Source of the DNA: Pseudomonadota bacterium
Lineage (GTDB): Bacteria; Pseudomonadota; Alphaproteobacteria; Rhizobiales; JACESI01
NCBI GenBank assembly: GCA_039818625.1
Contig: JBCBTO010000001.1
Coordinates: forward strand, 1-25,196
Direction of reading: 5' to 3'
DNA length: 25,196 bases
Shown: positions 16,755 through 25,196 of the stretch, piece by piece
How the letters are laid out: each line of letters starts with the position of its first letter
Position numbering within the stretch: position 1 is the stretch's first letter
Translations under genes and position numbers: made by a program
Notes under the pieces: generated by a model
Databases searched by the model: none
What the model was told of the DNA's origin: nothing
What the model saw: only the letters and a program-made list of their open reading frames with translations

Positions 16755-17375
16755 GTGCTTTTGGGGCGTAGACGGGTGATTAGACGTATTTGCAAAGGAC
16801 TGGGCCTTTCTGTCGCGGCACTTGCGCTTGCAAGCTGCGCGATTGTTGCGCCACCTCCTGCGCCGGACGTTTACAATCTCACCATCGATGATGGCTTCCA
16901 AAGCGTGTCGGGCGGTACCCGCAGTCAGCTTTTGATCACTGAGCCGAAAGTGTTGAGTTCACTCGACAACAACCGCATTGTCATCAAGCCCAATCCCTCG
17001 CAGATCGCTTTTTTCGGTGGTGTGGAATGGGCAGACCGTGTTCCGCGGCTGGTTCAGCTTCATCTGAGTAGGGCGTTTTCCACCACCGGTAAGGCGCGGG
17101 CCGTGGGCTTGCCCGGTGACGGGCTCATCATTGATCATCAACTGCTCTTCGACCTCAGGGCGTTTCAAATTGAACAGACCGGCTCGTCGTTTGAAGCTGT
17201 TGTCGAGATCGCGGTGCGCATTTTGAACGACCGGAATGGTCGGGTGATTGCGACGGAGACTTTCTCTTCAAGCGTGCCCACATCCGACGATCCTGTCGCG
17301 GCAGTGAATGCCCTCAACGAGGCCATGAATGCCGTGGCGGATGATCTCGTGCGTTGGGTTTTCGCACGCATCTGA
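16755..17375 (+). CDS. ABC-type transport auxiliary lipoprotein (PqiC-like)
   Basis: Basic N-terminus, hydrophobic core and lipobox LASC (Cys codon 16836-16838); LLITEP..LSSLDNNRIV, EWADRVPRLVQ, LLFDLRAFQ. The start is uncertain (GTG 16755 or 16776). Confidence 0.82.
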   Translation: MLLGRRRVIRRICKGLGLSVAALALASCAIVAPPPAPDVYNLTIDDGFQSVSGGTRSQLLITEPKVLSSLDNNRIVIKPNPSQIAFFGGVEWADRVPRLVQLHLSRAFSTTGKARAVGLPGDGLIIDHQLLFDLRAFQIEQTGSSFEAVVEIAVRILNDRNGRVIATETFSSSVPTSDDPVAAVNALNEAMNAVADDLVRWVFARI

Positions 17376-17408
17376 GTTTCAGTGTTGTCGGCTAACTTAC
17401 AAAGCAAG

Positions 17409-17430
17409 ACGGCGACACGAGGGTCGCCGT
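17409..17430 (-). terminator. Hairpin, probable intrinsic terminator of rgsE/gpr in the convergent gap
   Basis: ACGGCGAC-ACGAGG-GTCGCCGT (8-bp stem), followed on the minus strand by CTTGCTTT. Confidence 0.55.
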
Positions 17431-17458
17431 TGAAATGCTTCATCAGTGTGAGCTTCGA

Positions 17459-20400
17459 TCAGTCGAAGCGTCCACTTGCTTGTGCGAGCATGGTGTAGAC
17501 GCGGCCCGCATCGGAATTCAGGTAGTTTTCCGATTGGCGGTTGTCGGGATCGTTGCGTGAGACCTCAAACATCAGAAGTTCGAAGTCGGCAATGTAGCGG
17601 TCCACGATGCTTGCAAAACCATTGGATGCCCGGTAGTTCGCACGGATTTCGTCGCGCAACTGCCTGCTTTCCAAGGTGCGCAGGCGTTGGGTGAAGACGC
17701 TGCGTTCACCGCGCTGGTAACGTTCCCACAATTCCACGGCTGCATCGCGGTCGACAATGCGGGCGATATCCACGGACAGCGAGTAGAGCGATTCAATGAT
17801 GTGTTCTGCCGAGCGCTGAACAGGTTGAGAGCGCTGCTCCTCAACGGTGCGCGGGCTTGTTTCATCGGTTGAGGCTCGCCGCAGCAGGTCTTTCACCCAT
17901 CCGCCGTCATTGCCATTGTCACGACGTATGGCTGGTTGTTCGCGGCGTTGCAGATTTGGGGCCGGGCGCTGAGGCGCGGGCTGGAAGGCAGGGGAGGTGC
18001 TGTAGGTGTCGTTTTCCTCCGCCGCAAGCTTTGCCGTTTCTTCGATGATGTCGAGCGATGGCTCGTCCTGATCCGCCTGCGACTGCAGCGCCAGACTATC
18101 CAGATTTTGGATAGGGTTGGTTGGCTGCACCGGACGCGTTGGGCGTTGTGGCGCGGGGGCGCGGGTCTCTTCAACTGGTGGTGTCTGTGCTTGGACGGGC
18201 GCTCGCGCCGGTGCCTGGGCGGTTTGCTGATAAGCAGGATTGCTCGCTGGCCGTGGCGATGTTCTTCGCTCGACCGCAGGGGCTGCCTCCGCCTGCACCT
18301 GTGTCGGCTGAACTGGCGCGGGCTGAACAGGGGCAGCTTGGGCTGCACGACGCGGCGCGCTTTCCTGCAATGCCGTGGCGGCTCGTGCTGGTGCCGGTGC
18401 AGTCGCAGCTGGAGCCGGGCGTGCGCGTTGTTTGTTGACGATTTCGCTCAAGTCATTGAGCGCGCGCACCTGCTCGCTCACAAGGCGGCGCATGGCGGCG
18501 GTGCTTTCTTTCGTCTCTTCCGGGAGGTCGAACACGCCGCGCTTGATTTCGTTGCGGGTCGCCTGAAGATCTGATTGGATCTGCCCAGCCACCCTGCGCA
18601 TTTCTTCCGAAGCTTCGGAGAACCGCTCGGTTGCTTCAACCACCGCCTCATTCAGCTGTGCGTTCGCACCGGCTCGCAATTCGTTCAGACGGTTCGTCAC
18701 ATCTTCCGATGCCTGGCGCGCGGTCGAGGCTAGGCCGGTACTGATCAATTGCGCGCGTTCTTCGGTCTGTTTGATGGTATCGCCCATCATGGTCGAGAAA
18801 GACCGCAAGAGCTGTTCGATGTCTGCGCTCTTGGCGACAAGGCCTTGAGAGAGGACCTCGATCATGTTTTGGCGCTCTTCCACCGTGGTGTCGATGGTGC
18901 GGCCTGCATCGTTCAACATGTTGGCCGCTTCGACGAGGGCATTCGATTGGCCGGCAAATCGATTTGCAAGAAGGCCCGTATCGCGGATTGTGGTCTCGGA
19001 GAGTTCGCGCAGTTTCTCGATTTCACCCGCCAGGAAGTTGTTGGCAATGCCGGTTTCATCGGCGCTGCGTGAGATCGCATCACGCAATTGCAGGGACCGG
19101 CTCGTCAGACCGCTTTCGATGGTTGCGAGATTTTTATCCGCATCGGCAAGGGCGGCCTTCAGGTCGCTGTTGGTTCCGTGTAAACGGCCGAGGACGGTGT
19201 TGACCTCATTGGCGAGCTGTTGACGGGTTTCCTCGATCAGCGTGTTGGCACTGTCCATTTGGTCGCGCATGGACGTAATGAGTTGCATTCCCTGGGTCTG
19301 CATCGCATCGACGACTGCGCGGCTGGTGCGTGTGACGCCTGACGTGATTTCGGCACCCTTGGTCTCCAGGGCCTCGACCGCAGCCTGGCTCGTGGCATCA
19401 ACACCGGAGACGATGTCGGCCGTTCTGGTTTCCAGGGCGTTGACAACTGCCTGACCGGTCGCATTGACGCTTGATGTGATCTCGGCGCCTCGGGACTGCA
19501 GAGCGTCGAGGACCGCGCGGCTGGTGGTGTTGACGCTGGACGTGACTTGAGTGCCCGTCTTTTCGAGCGCTTGGACCATGTTTTGGCCATCGGCGTTGAA
19601 AAGGTTGCTCAATGCATCTGTGCGATCGCGCAGCATGTCTTCGATGTTTGAGGCCCGCTCCATCAGCGTTTGCTCTGAAAGCGCCGTGCTCGACTTCAAC
19701 ATGGCGTCGACATTGCGGGCGCGGTCTTCGAGCGTTTTTTCCATGTGGAGCGTGGAGCTCTCCAAGGTGTTGCGCAATTCTTCCGCATTTGTGGAGATGG
19801 TTTGCGCGGTCTCGGAGGCCGATGCACGGATGCCGGTTGTAAGCCCGGTCAGGGCGCGGATGAGAGTTTGACCCGCCTCATGGGTTTTCGATGCGAAGGT
19901 GCTCGCCGCATCATCCGCCGCCATGATGAGGTTGGCGCTCGAATTGTCCGAGATTTCCGCGATCTTGCGGTGGGCCTCTTCCGCGTCATTCACAAGGCGC
20001 GTGCTCGCATCGACGATGTGGTTTTCGACGAGGTCTTCCATGCGCTTCGCTTTGGTGTCGAGGAGGCCGACGACATCGGATACAGAGGTGCCAAGGGAGA
20101 CGTTGATCTCCTTCGTCTTTTCAGACAAGGCGTCCATAATTTCAGCGGACTGCGCGCCGAGCCGGTCCGACATGCCCGTGAGGCGCGTCGTCAGGTTGTC
20201 AGCCAGATCATCCGACTGTTTGCTGAGCGCCTCGTTGACGACGTTGAACCTCGTGTCGATGGACGTGGTGAGCTCTTCCTGACCGGCCGCGAATGTGTTG
20301 GCGAGGTCTCTCGTGCGTTCAACGAGTGTCTCGCCGATCTGGCGCGCCCGGCTATCCAGAGCCTCATCGATCGTTTCAACGCGTTTGCCGATTTCGTCGG

Positions 20401-22948
20401 AGATCGCTTGCGAGCGCGCACTCAGGTTATTCGATGCGCCTTCCAGCTTGTCTTGGAGGTTGACCGAGATTTCATCTGCGCGGGCTGCGAGGCCATCGGC
20501 CGCGGTAGACATGCGCTCATCAATGGATTTCGTCACGCCGTCAAGCCGGGTTTCCAAGGTCGTGTCGATGTCTGCAACGCGTTTTTTGAAAACGGCATCC
20601 ATTTCTTCGACCCGCTCGCCGAGCAGTTCGGTCAGCGTGTCGCCCTTTTCACCTACGACGTTGTTGATCTTGATGAGGCGATCATCGATATCACCGCGCA
20701 GCGCATCGGTCTTGTCTTCGAGGTTTTTGATAAGGTCGATGCCTGCCTGCGCCACCGCTTTATTCAGCTTGTCGTTGCGGATTGACAGGGCCTGCGCCAC
20801 CTTCTCACCCACATTGGCAATGTTCTCGCCGATGTTGATCGTTTGCGTAGAGAAGGTGTCGTTGACATGGTTGACGGCATTGTCGATGTCGCCCACGAAG
20901 GATGCAGCGCGGTCTTTCAGAATATCGGCGACGGCCTGACCGGATTTTTCAATCCGTCCTGCGAGCGCATCGCCATCTTCCGTAACGAGTTTTTCAATCT
21001 TGTTGGTGGTGTCAAAGAGATTTTCGGCAAGTGCCGTGCCCTTGTCCGTGATGCTGTCTGCGACGCGTGTGCCGACTTCGTCGAGGCGGTCGGTGATGGT
21101 CGTGCCGCGCAGGGACAGATCAACCACCATGGCATTGGTCGTTGTCTTCATTTGCTCGGTGATTTCACCGGCTTGTGTTGCGAGTGCGTCGGTGATCGAT
21201 GAACCGGTGACGCGCAATTCATCTGTGAGGCTTGAACTCATAGTGCTGAGTTCGCCAGTGAGGGACGCTCCCATGCCTTGCAACTCGGACGTCAGCGCTG
21301 TGCCCGTGCCCCGAAGCTCGTCAGTGAGGGAGGAGCCGGTCGTTTGGAGCGTGTCTGAAAGGTTGGTTCCAGTCGCCTGGAGGTTCTCCATAAGCGAGCC
21401 GCCCGTTGCCTTTAATTCCTCGGTCAAGGACGTGCCGGTCGCGTGGATCGTATCCGTCAGCGTGATGCCGGTCGAGCTCAAGGTTTCCGTCAGGGTCGAG
21501 CCGGTGGTCTGGATCGCGTCAGTTAGCGATGTTCCGGCATGTTGGAGACGGTCGGTGAGGGCGGTGCCTTGGGTCGTCAGGTTGGATGTGATTTGATCAC
21601 CCTGGGTGACAATAGCGTCCGTGATCGAAGAGCCCGTGGTCTGGAGCGTTTCGGTCAGGACCGATCCCTGCGCCGTCAAGTTCTGTGTGATCTCGCTGCC
21701 GGTAAGGGACAATGTTTCCGTAATCGCGTGCGAGCGCTCGGTCAACGCATCGCGCAAGGCGTTTCCAACCTTGGCGAGGTTGGTGGCGACCTGATTGCCC
21801 TGGGACGAGATCGTATCAGTCACCTCAGCGCCGGTCGCGGCCAGATTTCCGGTCAGAGTCTGGCTCGCCTCTTCGAGTGATGTCCGCATGTCATTGCCAA
21901 CAAGCGAGAGGCGTTCAACAGCGTCAGCACCGGTGCTTGTGAGGCGGGTCACCAAGTCCGCGCCATGGTCCGTCAGCGTGGCGATCAGATTTTCGCCAGC
22001 ATTGTTCATTTCAGATGTCAGTTTTTCCGTGTTCACTCCAACGGATTGACTGATTTCCTCACCTGCGTGGCGCATGCGTTCGGTTGCGTCGTTCAAATTG
22101 ACGGTCACGCTCTCACTCAACTGGGTGAGATCGTGGCCAAGATCTTCGCGGGCTGCGACCAGCGATGTGCTGAGACGGTCCGCATTGTTGACGATGGCCT
22201 CGCGCTGGCTGATGAGATCATCAATGAGCCCCCGGATGCGCAGTTCATTGTCCGAGTAGGAGCGCTCAAGCGACAGCATCTCATTGTGGACGAGGACTTC
22301 AAGTTCGCTCGCGCGGGCAAGCACGCGCTCCACTCCATCTCCCATCGCAGCCACTTCACGGCGTACGGCCTGACCAACGGTCACGACGGAATCGGTTGCG
22401 ATGTCTTCGGGTTCAGCAAGGCGCAATGCCACTTCAGACATGGAATTTGCCGCGAGGCGCATTTCCTGCGCGCGCCAGAAGAAGCCGGCCATCGTGAAAA
22501 ACAGAAGGATCGGGACGACGGTAGCGACGGCCCAAATGACCGTGGATGGTTCATTGAAGAAAGACCATCCCTGCTCAAGCGAGTTCAAATTCGCGCCGAA
22601 GAAACGGTTGCCCAAAAAGAGCGATCCGCCGAGCCAGATGACCGTGACCGCGAGCGCGATCCAAAACGGTGTCGAGGATGGACGCCGCTGCAGGCTGAAC
22701 AGAATATTGCCGATGGATTTGCGATCATCATTGGCGGGCGCTTTTTTCGCAGCCTTCGCCAGAGGCTGGTCGTCGCCATCACTGACGTCTTGTGTCGTGT
22801 CTTCAGTTGCTTGCTTCTCAAGATCGAAATGCAAGGTGTCCGGCACCTCATTGGCAGGGCCGCCGAAGTCGATTTTCAGGGCTTCTTCAACAGCATCAAT
22901 CGCAGCCTGAGCGGGATCCTTCTCGGAGACTTTGAGTTTTTTTGCCAT
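17459..22948 (-). CDS. rgsE: RgsE / Growth Pole Ring (GPR)-like apolipoprotein-repeat polar scaffold protein, 1829 aa
   Basis: N-terminal DPAQAAIDAVEEALKIDF; two TM helices (FWIALAVTVIWLGGSLFLG; VIWAVATVVPILLFFTMAGFFW); AVRREVAAMGDGVERVLARASELEVLVHNEM.SLERSYSDNELRIR.L; long 11-mer helical repeats; Pro/Ala/Gln linker; C-terminal GGWVKDLLRRAS and LWERYQRGER.VF...Y..DFE.L...GRVYTMLAQASGR, as recalled for rhizobial RgsE/GPR. Confidence 0.85.
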   Translation of the reverse strand: MAKKLKVSEKDPAQAAIDAVEEALKIDFGGPANEVPDTLHFDLEKQATEDTTQDVSDGDDQPLAKAAKKAPANDDRKSIGNILFSLQRRPSSTPFWIALAVTVIWLGGSLFLGNRFFGANLNSLEQGWSFFNEPSTVIWAVATVVPILLFFTMAGFFWRAQEMRLAANSMSEVALRLAEPEDIATDSVVTVGQAVRREVAAMGDGVERVLARASELEVLVHNEMLSLERSYSDNELRIRGLIDDLISQREAIVNNADRLSTSLVAAREDLGHDLTQLSESVTVNLNDATERMRHAGEEISQSVGVNTEKLTSEMNNAGENLIATLTDHGADLVTRLTSTGADAVERLSLVGNDMRTSLEEASQTLTGNLAATGAEVTDTISSQGNQVATNLAKVGNALRDALTERSHAITETLSLTGSEITQNLTAQGSVLTETLQTTGSSITDAIVTQGDQITSNLTTQGTALTDRLQHAGTSLTDAIQTTGSTLTETLSSTGITLTDTIHATGTSLTEELKATGGSLMENLQATGTNLSDTLQTTGSSLTDELRGTGTALTSELQGMGASLTGELSTMSSSLTDELRVTGSSITDALATQAGEITEQMKTTTNAMVVDLSLRGTTITDRLDEVGTRVADSITDKGTALAENLFDTTNKIEKLVTEDGDALAGRIEKSGQAVADILKDRAASFVGDIDNAVNHVNDTFSTQTINIGENIANVGEKVAQALSIRNDKLNKAVAQAGIDLIKNLEDKTDALRGDIDDRLIKINNVVGEKGDTLTELLGERVEEMDAVFKKRVADIDTTLETRLDGVTKSIDERMSTAADGLAARADEISVNLQDKLEGASNNLSARSQAISDEIGKRVETIDEALDSRARQIGETLVERTRDLANTFAAGQEELTTSIDTRFNVVNEALSKQSDDLADNLTTRLTGMSDRLGAQSAEIMDALSEKTKEINVSLGTSVSDVVGLLDTKAKRMEDLVENHIVDASTRLVNDAEEAHRKIAEISDNSSANLIMAADDAASTFASKTHEAGQTLIRALTGLTTGIRASASETAQTISTNAEELRNTLESSTLHMEKTLEDRARNVDAMLKSSTALSEQTLMERASNIEDMLRDRTDALSNLFNADGQNMVQALEKTGTQVTSSVNTTSRAVLDALQSRGAEITSSVNATGQAVVNALETRTADIVSGVDATSQAAVEALETKGAEITSGVTRTSRAVVDAMQTQGMQLITSMRDQMDSANTLIEETRQQLANEVNTVLGRLHGTNSDLKAALADADKNLATIESGLTSRSLQLRDAISRSADETGIANNFLAGEIEKLRELSETTIRDTGLLANRFAGQSNALVEAANMLNDAGRTIDTTVEERQNMIEVLSQGLVAKSADIEQLLRSFSTMMGDTIKQTEERAQLISTGLASTARQASEDVTNRLNELRAGANAQLNEAVVEATERFSEASEEMRRVAGQIQSDLQATRNEIKRGVFDLPEETKESTAAMRRLVSEQVRALNDLSEIVNKQRARPAPAATAPAPARAATALQESAPRRAAQAAPVQPAPVQPTQVQAEAAPAVERRTSPRPASNPAYQQTAQAPARAPVQAQTPPVEETRAPAPQRPTRPVQPTNPIQNLDSLALQSQADQDEPSLDIIEETAKLAAEENDTYSTSPAFQPAPQRPAPNLQRREQPAIRRDNGNDGGWVKDLLRRASTDETSPRTVEEQRSQPVQRSAEHIIESLYSLSVDIARIVDRDAAVELWERYQRGERSVFTQRLRTLESRQLRDEIRANYRASNGFASIVDRYIADFELLMFEVSRNDPDNRQSENYLNSDAGRVYTMLAQASGRFD
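19250..19579 (-). repeat. Five in-frame 22-aa (66-bp) tandem repeats in rgsE/gpr
   Basis: MVQALEKTGTQVTSSVNTTSRA / VLDALQSRGAEITSSVNATGQA / VVNALETRTADIVSGVDATSQA / AVEALETKGAEITSGVTRTSRA / VVDAMQTQGMQLITSMRDQMDS. Confidence 0.9.
21131..21724 (-). repeat. Eighteen in-frame 11-aa (33-bp) Thr/Gly/Ser-rich tandem repeats in rgsE/gpr (aa 409-606)
   Basis: Consensus [LI]T[DE]xLxxTG[ST][SA], e.g. LTETLQTTGSS, LTDAIQTTGST, LTEELKATGGS, LSDTLQTTGSS, LTDELRVTGSS. Confidence 0.92.
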
Positions 22949-23190
22949 ACTCTTTTACGCCCTACACAATGTGTCTCGTGGTGACGCAAGGCCACCTAAC
23001 AGTTTCACGGGTCTACCAAAAGTTTGCTTTTGAGTCATCGAACGCAACTATCGATGGTTAAGATCGGCATGGTTCTTTCCGTCGAATTGCAGAAAGTCTT
23101 CCTATTTCGCCAACATGTCTCACCCGCATCGCATAGCTGTGCTCGGCTGCATAAAAAGCACCTAGCACCTAGACTGCCGCGAAAAGCACA

Positions 23191-23205
23191 TTAACCTTTT
23201 GTTAA
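23191..23205. promoter_or_regulatory. CtrA binding site (perfect TTAA-N7-TTAA)
   Basis: TTAA-CCTTTTG-TTAA in the divergent rgsE/Hpt intergenic region. One-mismatch sites lie at 23256-23270 (TTAA-N7-TTCA) and 23383-23397 (TTAA-N7-TTAG). Confidence 0.75.
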
Positions 23206-23442
23206 TCGGTTGAAAACTCTCTCAACCAAAAGCCCCCAATTGATCGTTTTTATGGTTAACGCCATGTTCATGTTCGATCACTTACGCTTCTTTGGAGTGT
23301 ATGAGCGCGGGAGAGGCCATTTACGCTCTGATCACCAAAATAACAGATGACCAGCGGAATGGGAGGCTGAGGGTCGCCAGTGTTAAGCCGGTGTTAGCGG
23401 GTGGGTGCCATGCTTTCACCAGATAACCGAAAGGTACTTGAA

Positions 23443-23823
23443 ATGGCCACGGCTGCGCTTCCTGTGCAAAACCGCACAGATATCTTGGGCGATGTCGATC
23501 ATCGACCCATCGACCTCGTCCATCTCGCAAAACAGACGCTTGGCAATCGTTCGCTTGAGAATGAAGTCTTGCGGCTCTTTCTGACGCAATCAGACATTTA
23601 TCTTGATCGCGTGCACAATGCGTGTTCCCGCGAAGACCGTTTTGCGGCCGTCCATACCATTAAAGGGTCGGCGCGCAATATCGGCGCATGGGATGTGGCC
23701 GATGCGGCGGAGACGCTTGAAAAGGCAGCTGCAGACAATTGCGGCGGCGAGGTAAAAGGTCTCGAAACAGCGCTTGTCGAAACCCGGATGTTCATTCGCT
23801 CCATCCTCGACGAGCCGCAGTAA
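23443..23823 (+). CDS. Single-domain histidine phosphotransfer (Hpt) protein
   Basis: PIDLVHLAKQTLGNRSLENEVLRLF...AVHTIKGSARNIGA (Hpt H-x-x-K-G motif). AAAGG upstream of the ATG at 23443; an alternative ATG is at 23410. Confidence 0.88.
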   Translation: MATAALPVQNRTDILGDVDHRPIDLVHLAKQTLGNRSLENEVLRLFLTQSDIYLDRVHNACSREDRFAAVHTIKGSARNIGAWDVADAAETLEKAAADNCGGEVKGLETALVETRMFIRSILDEPQ

Positions 23824-23878
23824 GTCAAAATCTTCAAGCGGAGCCTGGAGGTCGCCTGCAGCCGGGTGTCGTTCGTGA

Positions 23879-24295
<417 letters not shown>

Positions 24296-24423
24296 GGGTA
24301 TTCTTGCCCATCGCAGGACGTCTTTGGGAAATGTGATTGACCATTTCTTCCTGATCTCGCGACATTTATTCGTTTGTCAGGTAGATGACGCACCATGTAT
24401 ACGCGATGACCGAAGCGAGATGA

Positions 24424-25196
<773 letters not shown>

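Noticed and set aside
21131-21724. 33-bp periodicity as a CRISPR array or non-coding VNTR
   Set aside because: The repeats are degenerate, contiguous without spacers, and in frame within a coding sequence; no cas genes are present.
19745-22984. Several long plus-strand ORFs (e.g. 19745-20785, 21965-22984)
   Set aside because: They are antisense to rgsE/gpr and have no RBS or motif support.
23265-23275. GTTC..GTTC as an alphaproteobacterial LexA box
   Set aside because: The spacing is 2 nt rather than GTTC-N7-GTTC; it is a CATGTT tandem overlapping a CtrA-like site.
23443-23823. Calling the Hpt protein ChpT
   Set aside because: ChpT has a histidine-kinase-like DHp+CA fold and is larger; this protein is a four-helix Hpt with H-x-x-K-G.

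Overview
Core-genome region of an alphaproteobacterium, most likely a polarly growing Hyphomicrobiales (Rhizobiales) member. The basis is an RgsE/GPR-like polar scaffold gene, CtrA boxes and a plcP-agt pair. In order: partial EamA/DMT transporter (-); a lone form-II CoxL-like molybdoprotein large subunit followed by thiD; a FadL-type outer-membrane channel; an atypical SDR (-); a Pho-box-preceded plcP-agt lipid-remodelling pair plus a PLP Ser/Thr dehydratase; an orphan CheZ-like phosphatase (-); an MFS permease; a DgcA/Ala-Glu epimerase (-); a four-gene MCE ABC operon (STAS-MlaE, MlaF, a 578-aa repeat-expanded MCE protein, a PqiC-like lipoprotein); the 1829-aa RgsE/GPR-like protein (-) built on strict 11-residue repeats; a CtrA-box-rich divergent promoter; a single-domain Hpt protein; a [2Fe-2S] ferredoxin; and a TrxB-fold ferredoxin-NADP+ reductase broken by a fold-back inversion at the window end, probably an artefact. 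No rRNA, tRNA, CRISPR array or mobile element was recognised. The strongest leads are the modular needle-like MCE protein converging on rgsE/gpr, the CtrA-linked gpr/Hpt divergon, and the orphan CheZ-like and Hpt signalling proteins. All product calls come from motif recognition by eye; no database search was run.
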